Positions 7,709 through 16,583 of a DNA stretch of 64,000 bases are shown piece after piece. Numbering within the stretch: position 1 is the first letter of the stretch; each line of letters opens with the position of its first letter. The notes beneath the pieces were generated by a model. That model made no database searches. It saw only the letters and a program-made list of their open reading frames with translations, and was not told the DNA's origin. Origin of the DNA: a virus; the IMG/VR virus record IMGVR_UViG_3300013308_000002, positions 1 to 64,000 of that record; one strand, 5' to 3'. Made by a program: the position numbers and the translations under genes.

Positions 7709-8152
7709 TTAGTGCGACGACTGGCCGTCGTTGTGCTCGCTGATGAAGAATTTATATTCTACGTCTTGGAACTCGAATTTTGCTTTGCCCCAGAGCTTCA
7801 GCGCTCCACGGAACTTGATATGTTGCTGCAGCGGCAACTCCAGAGCGACGAAAGCTTGGCGGACTGACCGGAACTCTTCGGCCTTGCCGTTCCAGACCAC
7901 CATAACATTGTCTCGGGTGGCGCGGGCCTCGGCAACCAACGGATCTTTCCAAGTCTCGGCAACGGCCTTGGAGCGCACGATAGACTGGGTGACCTTTCCG
8001 TGGGTGATTTCGCCAAGGAGGGTGACGATGGTATCCTCAGCTACGGCTCGAGACTTGAAGCGTTTGATTGGGTCTTCCTTGTGATACTTGTTATAGAACG
8101 CAATCAGGTCTTTAGTTTCCATGCTTTTGACTTGCGCGAGAACCTTATTCAT
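7709..8152 (-). CDS. hypothetical protein, paralog family A (147 aa)
   Basis: Paralog of 1602..2249. Confidence 0.7.
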   Translation of the reverse strand: MNKVLAQVKSMETKDLIAFYNKYHKEDPIKRFKSRAVAEDTIVTLLGEITHGKVTQSIVRSKAVAETWKDPLVAEARATRDNVMVVWNGKAEEFRSVRQAFVALELPLQQHIKFRGALKLWGKAKFEFQDVEYKFFISEHNDGQSSH

Positions 8153-8225
8153 GATCTTCTACCTTCATTCTAGGGTTAGGTAAGCAGCGTTCTTGTCTGC
8201 TTACCTATAGAATAGTATTGGATAA

Positions 8226-8495
8226 TCAAATAAGCAAACTGCTATGGTGAGAAGTCGACGGACGGCAGTTTTCTTTAATGACTCTGCCTATTCTCAACAT
8301 CGGCAAATCCGGAGATCCTGACCAGGTTAGCGGAACGCCCGTATTGAGCTCTTTCAACTCCAGCTTGGCGAACTCGGCGCCGTCAAAGTTTACGAACACC
8401 GACTGCACGACTACTTCGACCGACTCCCCTTCGCGGCTCAACTCGATGATGTCCTGAACGTTGAGCCGACGTGCGATAACCAATTGCGCTTCCAT
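8226..8495 (-). CDS. hypothetical protein (89 aa)
   Basis: Preceded by promoter P6. Confidence 0.5.
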   Translation of the reverse strand: MEAQLVIARRLNVQDIIELSREGESVEVVVQSVFVNFDGAEFAKLELKELNTGVPLTWSGSPDLPMLRIGRVIKENCRPSTSHHSSLLI

Positions 8496-8560
8496 CCTTT
8501 GATCCCCATTCTAGTTATTTCGTTTGGCGATTATCGCCGGTTTCTTTTAGATTAGCAACG
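8496..8560 (-). promoter_or_regulatory. early promoter P6 (TTGCTA-17-GATAAT) with palindrome GGCGATAATCGCC over the -10
   Basis: Leader contains CAAACGAAA. Confidence 0.45.
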
Positions 8561-8582
8561 AATATACGTGTTATTCTGCTGA

Positions 8583-8621
8583 TATTTAAAAGAAAGCCCG
8601 AGGGATTAGGCTCGGGCTTTG
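8583..8621 (-). terminator. rho-independent terminator after the SPFH operon
   Basis: Stem AGCCCGAG/CTCGGGCT followed by TTTCTTTTAAA on the minus strand. Confidence 0.6.
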
Positions 8622-8647
8622 GTTCAAGCGGTGTTCGTAGGGCCTGC

Positions 8648-9493
8648 CTACTTGACGCTAACGAACGGAGTCGCAGAGCCAGGAATCATGGTCGTAGGCA
8701 GCTTGCCGTCCCAAGTTTCTACCTTGCGCAACTCCAGGTAGAGAGGGTTGGTTGCCATGGCCTGACCGACCAACGCGATTGCTTGGGCCTGTCCCTCTGC
8801 TCTGCTGATGGCCGCGTCTTTATCGCCTTTGGCTTGTTCGCGGACTTTATCGGCCTTCGCCGTTTCCTGGGCGACCTCGTTGACGAAGCGCGCCGTGGTC
8901 TGGTTGGCTTCGATCTTGGCGTTCAAAGCGGTGACTACCTTCTCCGGCAAACCGATCTTGCCATTCAGATAGATGTTCGTCACCACGAGTCCTTTCTTGG
9001 AGAACTCGTCACGCACCCTGGCCTCGACTTCCTTGAAGAACTGCTCTTTACCTTCACCATAAATCTTTTCGGCGGATAGCTTCGAAGATGCGTTATTCAA
9101 GGCAGTCTTCACGACTTGCGGCACGTTCGTACGAAGGATTTCGTCCATCGACTTGCGATAGGTCTGGAATAGTTCCGGAGCAGCACCATGCGCGGCCTTG
9201 ATCGTGATGCCGAGGTCCACGGTGATTTCCATGCCGTCCATATCCTGGAAGGCAATGACACCGAGGTTTTCATTCTGATCGAACGTCGGGAACTTATACA
9301 GTTCCTGGGATGGCGTGAGGAACTTCCAGCCGCTGCCTTCTTCGACCGGTTGGACGCCGGTGTCGGAGCCCATCATGTTGACGACAACGCCGGTGTATCC
9401 CATCGGGACGCGTTCGGCGCTGGTAAACAGACCGATGGCGATGATGAGGACTACGAAGAAGCCGATAAGCCGGCCGAGGGTGAGGTTAATCAT
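8648..9493 (-). CDS. SPFH/band-7 (prohibitin/HflK-like) domain membrane protein
   Basis: N-terminal TM segment, then a typical SPFH core followed by an Ala/Glu/Gln-rich coiled-coil tail (AEGQAQAIALVGQA). Confidence 0.85.
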   Translation of the reverse strand: MINLTLGRLIGFFVVLIIAIGLFTSAERVPMGYTGVVVNMMGSDTGVQPVEEGSGWKFLTPSQELYKFPTFDQNENLGVIAFQDMDGMEITVDLGITIKAAHGAAPELFQTYRKSMDEILRTNVPQVVKTALNNASSKLSAEKIYGEGKEQFFKEVEARVRDEFSKKGLVVTNIYLNGKIGLPEKVVTALNAKIEANQTTARFVNEVAQETAKADKVREQAKGDKDAAISRAEGQAQAIALVGQAMATNPLYLELRKVETWDGKLPTTMIPGSATPFVSVK

Positions 9494-9683
9494 TGTTACG
9501 ATCCTTCTTTGGGTTGGTGTTGAGAGTTTTGAACAGGCCTGCGATGGACAGGAACCAAACGAGTGTTACGGCCAGACCCATCGCGACTGCGACGTCATCC
9601 GGCTTATTCAGGAACGATGGAACGATGAATCGGATGGTGGTGGTAGAGAGGAATAGGACCAAAAGCCACATGAGAAGTTTCAC
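9486..9683 (-). CDS. small 2-TM membrane protein, translationally coupled to the SPFH gene
   Basis: Hydrophobic 65 aa. Overlaps the SPFH start by 8 nt and the upstream gene by 4 nt. Confidence 0.55.
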   Translation of the reverse strand: MKLLMWLLVLFLSTTTIRFIVPSFLNKPDDVAVAMGLAVTLVWFLSIAGLFKTLNTNPKKDRNND

Positions 9684-10156
9684 GCTTGCGACTCCAGATA
9701 GAGGTTGAATCGGTCGCTGCCAACGATACCCAGACTCTCCGGCGTGCCTTCGTTACGAACACCGCAAGCAGGGCAAAACCGATAGAGCTTGGTCCAGTTA
9801 CGTGGATCAGGATGAGGGCCTTGTTCGCGAACGACGATTTCAGCCATCGGCGCGGCCTGATCCTGATTCGTGCGCAACCAGCCGCGCCCGATTACGTGAT
9901 TGCACTCTACGTCGCAACCTAACACCGCGTCAGCGAGTTCCGCTCCCAACTTAACCGCCAGGACGGCTCCGGACGACGCTCCAGCAGCGGTGGCTACGCT
10001 CAACAGGAGGTCTACGGCCTTCTTGTGCCAGCCGATCTTGTTGGTGCAATGGTCGGCGCGGTCCTGCTTATCAGGAGTGGTCGACTTCGCCAGGATCTTG
10101 GTGTACTTGCCGATGTCGCGTTCATGCTGATTTACGAGTTCGTTGATATCCATCAT
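9680..10156 (-). CDS. hypothetical protein (158 aa, CxxC-containing)
   Basis: Translationally coupled within the SPFH operon. Confidence 0.6.
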   Translation of the reverse strand: MMDINELVNQHERDIGKYTKILAKSTTPDKQDRADHCTNKIGWHKKAVDLLLSVATAAGASSGAVLAVKLGAELADAVLGCDVECNHVIGRGWLRTNQDQAAPMAEIVVREQGPHPDPRNWTKLYRFCPACGVRNEGTPESLGIVGSDRFNLYLESQA

Positions 10157-10467
10157 TCGCCATCCAGAGTCATTACGACTTTGACATATTCGATTCGGTC
10201 AGATTTATCCGCCACGAACACGCGGCCGGTCTGCAGGTTGATGATCCAGACGGCTTCGTTGAGGGCCTTTTTGACACCTTCGGAGATTTCTGGCAGCATG
10301 TTCTTGATGGCCTGGTAACCAGACGTTTCAACGCGCATGCAGATGGCGCCGTCACGACGGAAAGTGACGCCAAGGCTGGTTTCGTCCAGCGTCGGTCGGT
10401 TATCTTTGCCAGCGCCAATCTTGAAAGTGATAGCGGACGGTTTGGCGTACACTCTGATCTTATCCAT
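10153..10467 (-). CDS. hypothetical protein (104 aa)
   Basis: Coupled ORF. Confidence 0.6.
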   Translation of the reverse strand: MDKIRVYAKPSAITFKIGAGKDNRPTLDETSLGVTFRRDGAICMRVETSGYQAIKNMLPEISEGVKKALNEAVWIINLQTGRVFVADKSDRIEYVKVVMTLDGE

Positions 10468-10470
10468 TAC

Positions 10471-10716
10471 TTACGCCTCGATGAAGAAAAGTTGAGTTGG
10501 AACGGGCGTTTGGCCGTCCACTACGATTGCAGCCTCGTATCGCCATTTGATCGAGCTGCCGTTCACCAGCCACAACTCGCCATTTGGATCCACGTTAAAG
10601 ACCTGGCCGCGCTTGAACTTGCCACCGGTGTTCGGGCAGAAGTAAGGCGCCAGAAGCGATACGCGAGCGCGGTCGCCAGCCTCACGAGCCGACGACATCA
10701 GTTGATCCCAGGTCAT
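10471..10716 (-). CDS. hypothetical protein (81 aa)
   Basis: ORF with protein-like composition. Confidence 0.55.
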   Translation of the reverse strand: MTWDQLMSSAREAGDRARVSLLAPYFCPNTGGKFKRGQVFNVDPNGELWLVNGSSIKWRYEAAIVVDGQTPVPTQLFFIEA

Positions 10717-10952
10717 TTGAAGCCTTCCGGCAGATCGATTACTTTGGTGAAGTAGCCCTTGCGAGCTTGCTGATCGATGATGCCGCCCATGCTCTTCTTA
10801 TCGAACACGCACGACTCATTGAACTTGAGGATTCGCGCCTCATCCTTACAGTCGCCACCTTCCAGAAGGCAGAAGCCAGGACCGGCGATGTGGGCGACGT
10901 AGCGAGGGCCTTGGATATTCGCGGCCCGTACTTCAATTACTTTAAACGACAT
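10713..10952 (-). CDS. hypothetical protein (79 aa)
   Basis: Overlaps the downstream gene by 4 nt. Confidence 0.55.
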   Translation of the reverse strand: MSFKVIEVRAANIQGPRYVAHIAGPGFCLLEGGDCKDEARILKFNESCVFDKKSMGGIIDQQARKGYFTKVIDLPEGFK

Positions 10953-11035
10953 TTCAGTGAACCTTTCACTATCTATCAGGAAAGGTGATTCTACTTGAGG
11001 TCAGAATCACCGTCTACAACTATTTAGGCAAAGGT
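10953..11035 (-). promoter_or_regulatory. early promoter P7 (AAATAGTTGTAGACGG-17-TAGAAT) with palindrome GGTGATTCT..AGAATCACC spanning the -10
   Basis: Read on the minus strand. Confidence 0.5.
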
Positions 11036-11269
11036 GTAATCGCCAGTCAGATACCAACGGCCGTTAGAGAGCAAGCGGGCTGCTTGGTTAGCGTAACCGC
11101 CAGAGACGAACGTGGCCAGGCCGGTGTTCGTGTTGACGTTGGTTAGGCCGAACACGGAAAGGTGCGATACGCCAGCGATTTTTCGAGTCATAGTCTCAAG
11201 ACCTTTGAGTTGGTCCAGAGTGATCCTGAAACGCTTGGTATTCATGAGGCTTACGAATCGAGCTTCCAT
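11024..11269 (-). CDS. hypothetical protein (81 aa)
   Basis: The last minus-strand gene before the divergent region. Confidence 0.55.
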   Translation of the reverse strand: MEARFVSLMNTKRFRITLDQLKGLETMTRKIAGVSHLSVFGLTNVNTNTGLATFVSGGYANQAARLLSNGRWYLTGDYTFA

Positions 11270-11360
11270 TCCGATGTCTCTTTCTTGGTTGGTGTGACGA
11301 TATCTTAAGGAAGTCTCAAACCGATGGCAACTTTTATTTCACATTTCTGAATATTTCCGC

Positions 11361-11627
11361 TTGGAGAACTTCCGCCATCGACCGTGGTCGTACCTCTATA
11401 CACCTAGCACGCACGCGGAGCTTGACATGGCTAAGCTTGAAGGGATAAAGGACGATGGTCGCCTATATAGAGTCGTGCGCCACGACAGCTCTTATATTGA
11501 CTTTGTTTGCGTAATACCGGTTGCGCCAGGGGCAAAGCCGGAGAGGTTTAGAGGCGACCCAAGGGATTATGAAAGCCCGATTGATTTCGTATCACAGGCG
11601 ATGCCTATGGATGTGCAGGCGCTGTAG
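11361..11627 (+). CDS. hypothetical protein; position is compatible with a small terminase subunit
   Basis: Non-ATG (TTG) start in the track; an internal ATG (MAKLEG) is also possible. Immediately upstream of TerL. Confidence 0.4.
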   Translation: MENFRHRPWSYLYTPSTHAELDMAKLEGIKDDGRLYRVVRHDSSYIDFVCVIPVAPGAKPERFRGDPRDYESPIDFVSQAMPMDVQAL

Positions 11628-11671
11628 ATCTGACGGTAGCGCTCCATATATACTCCGACCATACTTAATGT

Positions 11672-13072
11672 TTGGCCGGAGTAACTCCAATTTACACTCT
11701 CAACCCAGCACTACGATCCTTCTGGCGGACCAGGAGCCGCTACAAGGCCTTGTACGGCGGTCGGGCATCTTCCAAGTCGCACGACGCTGCAGGCATGGCA
11801 GTATATCTCGCGGCCAACTACACGCTGAAGTTCCTTTGCGCTCGACAATTCCAAAACCGTATTGATGAATCAGTTTATACGCTGATCAAAAACAAAATCG
11901 AAAATAGCCACTTCAAAGACGAGTTCTATCTAACTAAGAACTCTATCAAGCATAAAATCACCGGCTCTGAATTCCTCTTCTACGGTATCGCCCGCAACTT
12001 GTCTGAGATCAAATCCACCGAGGGCGTCGATATCCTCTGGATGGAAGAGGCACACTATCTGCAGGAAGAGCAGTGGGAAGTTATCGAGCCTACCATCCGG
12101 AAAGAGGGTAGTCAGATTTGGTTGATCTGGAACCCGGATGAGATCACCGACTTCATCTATCAGAACTTCGTGGTTAATCCTCCGGAGGACTGTCTGGCCA
12201 AGATGATTAACTGGGAAGAGAATCCATACCTTTCCGATACCATGCTCAAAGTCATCCACGACGCGTATAAGCGCGATCCGGAGAAGGCACAGCACATCTA
12301 TGGCGGAGTTCCGAAGACTGGCGGCGACAAGTCGGTGATCAACCTCAAGTTCATCATGGCCGCTGTCGATGCTCACAAGGTCCTGGGTTGGGAGCCGTCC
12401 GGAACTAAGCGCGTCGGATTTGACGTAGCTGACGACGGCGAAGATGCCAACGCGACCACGTACATGCACGGCAACGTCATTATGGAGATTGACGAGTGGG
12501 ACGGCCTGGAAGACAAAATTCTTGAGTCATCCAAGAAGGTTTACAACTACTGCCGGGATAAAGGCGCCGTCTGCACCTATGACTCCATCGGAGTTGGCGC
12601 GCACGTTGGTTCTAAGTTCTCTGAGATCAACGACGTCCAGGAAAATGGATACGTCCTATCCTATGATCCGTTCAACGCAGGCGGTGGTGTACGGGACCCA
12701 GACGAAGCCTACATGGTTCTGCCGCACGTAATCATCACCAACAAAGAGCAGTTCGCTAACATCAAAGCGCAGATGTGGATGGAAGTCTCGACTCGATTCC
12801 AGAAGACATTCGAAGCAGTTACGATGGGAATTAAGCACCCGCATGACGAACTAATCTCCATCAACAAAGATACTCTCACGCCGAAGCAACTAACTCAGTT
12901 GATGTTTGAACTTTCTGCTCCACGGAAGGACTTGGACGGCAACGGCAAGTTCAAGGTCGAGTCCAAAAAGGACATGCGCGAAAAGCGTAAGATCAAGTCG
13001 CCAAACGTCGCCGACTCCGTGATCATGGCGGCCATCTTGCCTAAGCGCGCCCCGGCCGGCTTCTTCGATTGA
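11672..13072 (+). CDS. terL: terminase large subunit
   Basis: Walker-A-like YGGRASSKSHDAAG. Length and nuclease-half features are typical of a PBSX/Terminase_6-type TerL. Followed by a terminator. Confidence 0.9.
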   Translation: MAGVTPIYTLNPALRSFWRTRSRYKALYGGRASSKSHDAAGMAVYLAANYTLKFLCARQFQNRIDESVYTLIKNKIENSHFKDEFYLTKNSIKHKITGSEFLFYGIARNLSEIKSTEGVDILWMEEAHYLQEEQWEVIEPTIRKEGSQIWLIWNPDEITDFIYQNFVVNPPEDCLAKMINWEENPYLSDTMLKVIHDAYKRDPEKAQHIYGGVPKTGGDKSVINLKFIMAAVDAHKVLGWEPSGTKRVGFDVADDGEDANATTYMHGNVIMEIDEWDGLEDKILESSKKVYNYCRDKGAVCTYDSIGVGAHVGSKFSEINDVQENGYVLSYDPFNAGGGVRDPDEAYMVLPHVIITNKEQFANIKAQMWMEVSTRFQKTFEAVTMGIKHPHDELISINKDTLTPKQLTQLMFELSAPRKDLDGNGKFKVESKKDMREKRKIKSPNVADSVIMAAILPKRAPAGFFD

Positions 13073-13082
13073 CGAACAAAGA

Positions 13083-13110
13083 AAAGCCCCAATCAAGGGG
13101 CTTTCAAGTC
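13083..13110 (+). terminator. rho-independent terminator after terL
   Basis: Stem AGCCCC-AATCAA-GGGGCT followed by a T-containing tail. Confidence 0.6.
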
Positions 13111-13304
13111 TCTCTGGCGGCATCTTATACGGCCAGACTACGTTCGCAGGCTCCAATGGCAGGTTGCATTGCAGAGTGCTGGGCTTGGACAGGCCCGAAC
13201 GCAAGTTGCTGGACACCAGCGTCAATGTGTAGGCTATCGGCTTAATCCCCATTGCAGGGCGCTCACGAACGCGCTAGCCTGGCTATTATATCGCAAATAG
13301 CACC

Positions 13305-13336
13305 CAATAAAAAGCCCTCGACATGGAGGTCTTTTT
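13305..13336. terminator. bidirectional terminator-like hairpin flanked by an A-run and a T-run
   Basis: Sequence AAAAAGCCCTCGACATGGAGGTCTTTTTATT; the stem is imperfect. Confidence 0.35.
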
Positions 13337-13352
13337 ATTCACCTGCCGAGGT

Positions 13353-13712
13353 CTAGATTTTGTCTTGGAATTCCTTCGGCATTACCTCTGCAGAATCCAA
13401 GGCTTGGACGCGTTGGATCTCAGCATTCAAGATGTCGGCGCGGACGATGTAGGCGTTGTTTGGATCTTTCAAATCCGCAGACCAACCAGCGTCGGCTTGG
13501 AGGCCGAGGTCGGAAATTGCCTTGTCCCAGAGCACGGCAGCTTCGGAATCGAGCGCCATGGTAGCGTTGGTGCCGTGAGCGATGGCCGCTTCAATGGCCG
13601 CATTCAGCGTTTTCGCGATGGCCTCTTTCTTCTTGTTGAGAAGGGCCAGATTGAACGCTGTCTTTGGGTCAAGCTTGGCGGAGGTCGGAAGTTTGGAAAC
13701 GTCGATGTGCAT
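13353..13712 (-). CDS. hypothetical protein (119 aa)
   Basis: Internal ATG with AAAGGAA SD. Confidence 0.55.
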   Translation of the reverse strand: MHIDVSKLPTSAKLDPKTAFNLALLNKKKEAIAKTLNAAIEAAIAHGTNATMALDSEAAVLWDKAISDLGLQADAGWSADLKDPNNAYIVRADILNAEIQRVQALDSAEVMPKEFQDKI

Positions 13713-13726
13713 GGTATTCCTTTCGG

Positions 13727-14125
13727 TTAAGTTCTGATCCAAAGGATCAATAGGACGACGAACGCGCCAAGGCCGAGTGCTTTAGGCCAAGACAGCGAGT
13801 AAAAATTCTCTTCCGGGGCCTTACGCTCCGGAGCCCAGACGATTTCGCTGGTCACGTAGGCAGTACGGTCCACGTACTCGGTCGCTAGCGCCTGGGCGTT
13901 GGCTTCGATTGGAGGCGGGATTCTTGACCAGCCTGGACGCGCTGGGTGGATCTGGATCGATGGCGGCGAATAGCCATCAGAAGCCTCCGCGCCGCGCCCG
14001 TAAATTGCGGAAATCGCGATGACGGCCAAAAGACCAATACCAGAAATCCATCGAGTTCGAACGTGCTCGCGCTTAGAACTCCGTAGGCCCGAAGGCGTAT
14101 CCACGAATTTACGTCTGTTTCGCAT
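13727..14125 (-). CDS. membrane protein (132 aa, 2 TM)
   Basis: Hydrophobic segments LLAVIAISAIY and LGLGAFVVLLILWI. Confidence 0.55.
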   Translation of the reverse strand: MRNRRKFVDTPSGLRSSKREHVRTRWISGIGLLAVIAISAIYGRGAEASDGYSPPSIQIHPARPGWSRIPPPIEANAQALATEYVDRTAYVTSEIVWAPERKAPEENFYSLSWPKALGLGAFVVLLILWIRT

Positions 14126-14865
14126 TATTCACTCTCCACGGATTTGGTGATTTCAACGGAACGACCGGCCTTTTGACCTGCCATATATGCAGCTTGGTCT
14201 TCACGGCTTTTCGGCGCGGCCACCGGCTTGACTTTATATCCTGGGTCGCCGAACTTTTCCGTCACAGCGATAGACTTCATCAGCACCAAAGAAGTTCCTG
14301 TAGCAGAGCTGGTCAAGCGGTCGCGCTCAACGGTCATCGCCGCGAGACGATCCGAAATTTCCAGGATGGCAGCCATCTTGAACTTTCCGCCGACACCAAC
14401 CGGGTATTTTGCATATCCTTTATCGGCCAAATACTCTTTGCAAAGACGGTCTACCGCCTCCAGCAAAGTCGTATACATTTGAATCGAAAGCGCCACATCA
14501 GATGCGTAGCCACGGAAGTTTACGCGCTTCCCGGCCTTCTTACGGTCCGCGTCGGTCTTTTTGAAGTCAACCGTCCCGTAGTCGTAGAAAGATTGGGTGT
14601 CGTTATATTTCGCGACGGAACAACTAAACACAGAAAGGTGTTGAGGGATGGCAGAGAAGAATCGCCCGGTAGGCGTCGACTCAAAATCTTCGTCATAGCT
14701 ATCGTTGATGTCGAGCGAGTCAAGCTGGTACTTATCCATCAGCTTGCGGGCGCGACTGGCCGCGATGGCCGCCTCGTTAGGCGAAGAGGAATCCGCGGCC
14801 ATACGCAAGAGCTTAGCGATGCGATCTTTGATCTTGATCAGGTCGGTGAAGTCTTCGGTGCTCAT
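14125..14865 (-). CDS. DUF2786-like N-terminal domain protein
   Basis: Motif AKLLRMAADSSSPNEAAIAASRARKLMDKY matches the DUF2786-type helix pair. Start at MSTEDF with SD. Confidence 0.55.
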   Translation of the reverse strand: MSTEDFTDLIKIKDRIAKLLRMAADSSSPNEAAIAASRARKLMDKYQLDSLDINDSYDEDFESTPTGRFFSAIPQHLSVFSCSVAKYNDTQSFYDYGTVDFKKTDADRKKAGKRVNFRGYASDVALSIQMYTTLLEAVDRLCKEYLADKGYAKYPVGVGGKFKMAAILEISDRLAAMTVERDRLTSSATGTSLVLMKSIAVTEKFGDPGYKVKPVAAPKSREDQAAYMAGQKAGRSVEITKSVESE

Positions 14866-14869
14866 TCTG

Positions 14870-14945
14870 TGTACCTTTCTGGTCGTTTCGTTTGGATGGC
14901 CTATACTAGCGCCATCCAATTTGGAAGTCTACAGCTATTTACGCT
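14870..14945 (-). promoter_or_regulatory. early promoter P8 (AAATAGCTGTAGACT-17-TAGTAT) with palindrome GGATGGC..GCCATCC around the -10
   Basis: Leader contains CCAAACGAAACG. Confidence 0.5.
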
Positions 14946-15316
14946 TTCTGGATGAAGATCGCCAGACCGGTCCCGGCATATTGGAGGCTGAGAATACCAT
15001 CGGCGTGCTGGCGCATATGGACGAGCTCCATGGTATGTCTGGTGTTGAAGGAAGCGAGCGGTTCGAAGGCATTCAACTCTTCATAGATGAGCGCGTGACT
15101 AGACGCGTCGTCCAGGTATTCTGGATCAAGCACCCGGATCTTTCCGCTGTTATTCTTCGCGCCCATCGCCTTAACGATGTAGACCGATGGCGAGGTGAAT
15201 TTATCGCCGATCTGGAGTGGACGGAGGAACAAAAGACTATGCTCGGTGAATAGCGTACGGAGTTGGATGACTTCTACTTCTTCGTGTTCCATGAGTTTAG
15301 CGTTAATAACGGTCAT
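14939..15316 (-). CDS. hypothetical protein (125 aa)
   Basis: Preceded by promoter P9. Confidence 0.55.
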   Translation of the reverse strand: MTVINAKLMEHEEVEVIQLRTLFTEHSLLFLRPLQIGDKFTSPSVYIVKAMGAKNNSGKIRVLDPEYLDDASSHALIYEELNAFEPLASFNTRHTMELVHMRQHADGILSLQYAGTGLAIFIQKA

Positions 15317-15319
15317 TTC

Positions 15320-15395
15320 ATTCTTCCTTTCTGGCTTTGGTTAAGATGGGATAATATTAATCCCATCTGATTTGGAAGTCTACAACTATCTCACC
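15320..15395 (-). promoter_or_regulatory. early promoter P9 (GATAGTTGTAGACT-17-TAATAT) with palindrome GATGGGAT..ATCCCATC around the -10
   Basis: Read on the minus strand. Confidence 0.5.
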
Positions 15396-16316
15396 CTATC
15401 CGCCGAAAAAGTTCTCGAAACAGATAGGACCAATGGACCGCTCGATGGAGAGCTTGTTCGTTAACTCCCGTCCGCAGCACGAACACTCCCCGGTGCGCTT
15501 GCCGTAGGCAACTGCTGCTGCATCAGGAGTAGAACAGGCCTCTACGATGTCCGCTTCCAGCTCGTCGGATACGCCACACCCACGGTAGAACGTACCGTCG
15601 GTAATTTTGCCAAAGTATTCATCACCGTTGGAACTTTTGACGTAAAGAGAGCCGGCATTTGCGCCATGAACGGCTGCGAAGTAAATCACAATGGACGCGT
15701 CGCCTGCCAGGAGCCGCATTTTTGGATTCCGCAGTCCGTTCTTTTTGGCCTTGGTCAACGCCTTAAGGACCGCGCTGATATCGACCTTTCCCGCCAACTG
15801 GGCGTGCTCTTCACGTACGGCAGCGGCCACTTTCTTATCTGCCAACTTCTCGATGCACTTGTAAGCTGCAGCCAGTTGCCCTGGCGTTAGCGAGCCATAT
15901 TTGCGCAGAGCTTCGCGCAACGAAAGAGAGAATGAGAAGTCCTTACCGGCGCCATTCCACCACGCGGCAACTTGTGGATGTTCGGATTCGAACACTGCCA
16001 GTTTCTGGTCCGCTTTCGCCTCCTTACGCACAGATGCCTTCTCGCGAGCCAACGCACGTTCTGCCGCTGGTTTCTTGAAGAAGAGAATGCCCTTCCCTTT
16101 GCACTTCAGACATTGCTGGTGACCCAGGGAGGATGGAGTGCAATACCGACCGGAGCCGGCGCACTTCGGGCAACGTTCCTCTACCATCACACCTTTAGGC
16201 TTGGTGCTAGTGAGCTTTGACGCGTCTTCCATCGTTGCTGGAGTGCCGGCCACGACAGGTTCGCTGTCGAAATCGTCGCCGAGGTCGTCGAATCCGGAAA
16301 AGGCTGGTGCGTTCAT
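15396..16316 (-). CDS. zinc-ribbon protein (N-terminal CPKC..CLKC; C-terminal GECSCCGR...GPIC motif)
   Basis: GAGAGG SD. Two Cys clusters. Confidence 0.6.
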   Translation of the reverse strand: MNAPAFSGFDDLGDDFDSEPVVAGTPATMEDASKLTSTKPKGVMVEERCPKCAGSGRYCTPSSLGHQQCLKCKGKGILFFKKPAAERALAREKASVRKEAKADQKLAVFESEHPQVAAWWNGAGKDFSFSLSLREALRKYGSLTPGQLAAAYKCIEKLADKKVAAAVREEHAQLAGKVDISAVLKALTKAKKNGLRNPKMRLLAGDASIVIYFAAVHGANAGSLYVKSSNGDEYFGKITDGTFYRGCGVSDELEADIVEACSTPDAAAVAYGKRTGECSCCGRELTNKLSIERSIGPICFENFFGG

Positions 16317-16397
16317 TTGGTAATCCTCTCAGTGGTGGGATATCTCTTCAGATGAGTTGATATTACTGGAGGCGGAAATGGAAGGCAACAATTTATT

Positions 16398-16583
16398 TCA
16401 GAAGGGAAAATCTTCAGCCGGAAGGCCGACCATATCCTCAATCGGTCCGTCTTTGTACGTGCCGTCGGCGTTAAACTTGCAACGGCCACTACTCATCCGG
16501 TGAGGGAAGTGGTAGCAGCCGTTTTTGCAAGTCACCTGCTTGCGCTTAGGTGGTCCCTTGCGGACGAACCTGGCCTTGTTCAC
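16398..16583 (-). CDS. hypothetical small protein (61 aa)
   Basis: ORF with Cys/His residues. Confidence 0.4.
   Translation of the reverse strand: MNKARFVRKGPPKRKQVTCKNGCYHFPHRMSSGRCKFNADGTYKDGPIEDMVGLPAEDFPF

Noticed and set aside
14173-14955. Plus-strand ORFs at 14173..14955 (260 aa), 16550..17293, 24440..25420 (minus, opposite the capsid gene), 50476..51246, 46714..47442, 57159..58112, 33142..34002 and 722..1336.
   Set aside because: All are antisense to well-supported genes. Their compositions are Arg/His/Gly-rich and non-protein-like, and they have no SD or promoter context. They are treated as frame shadows.
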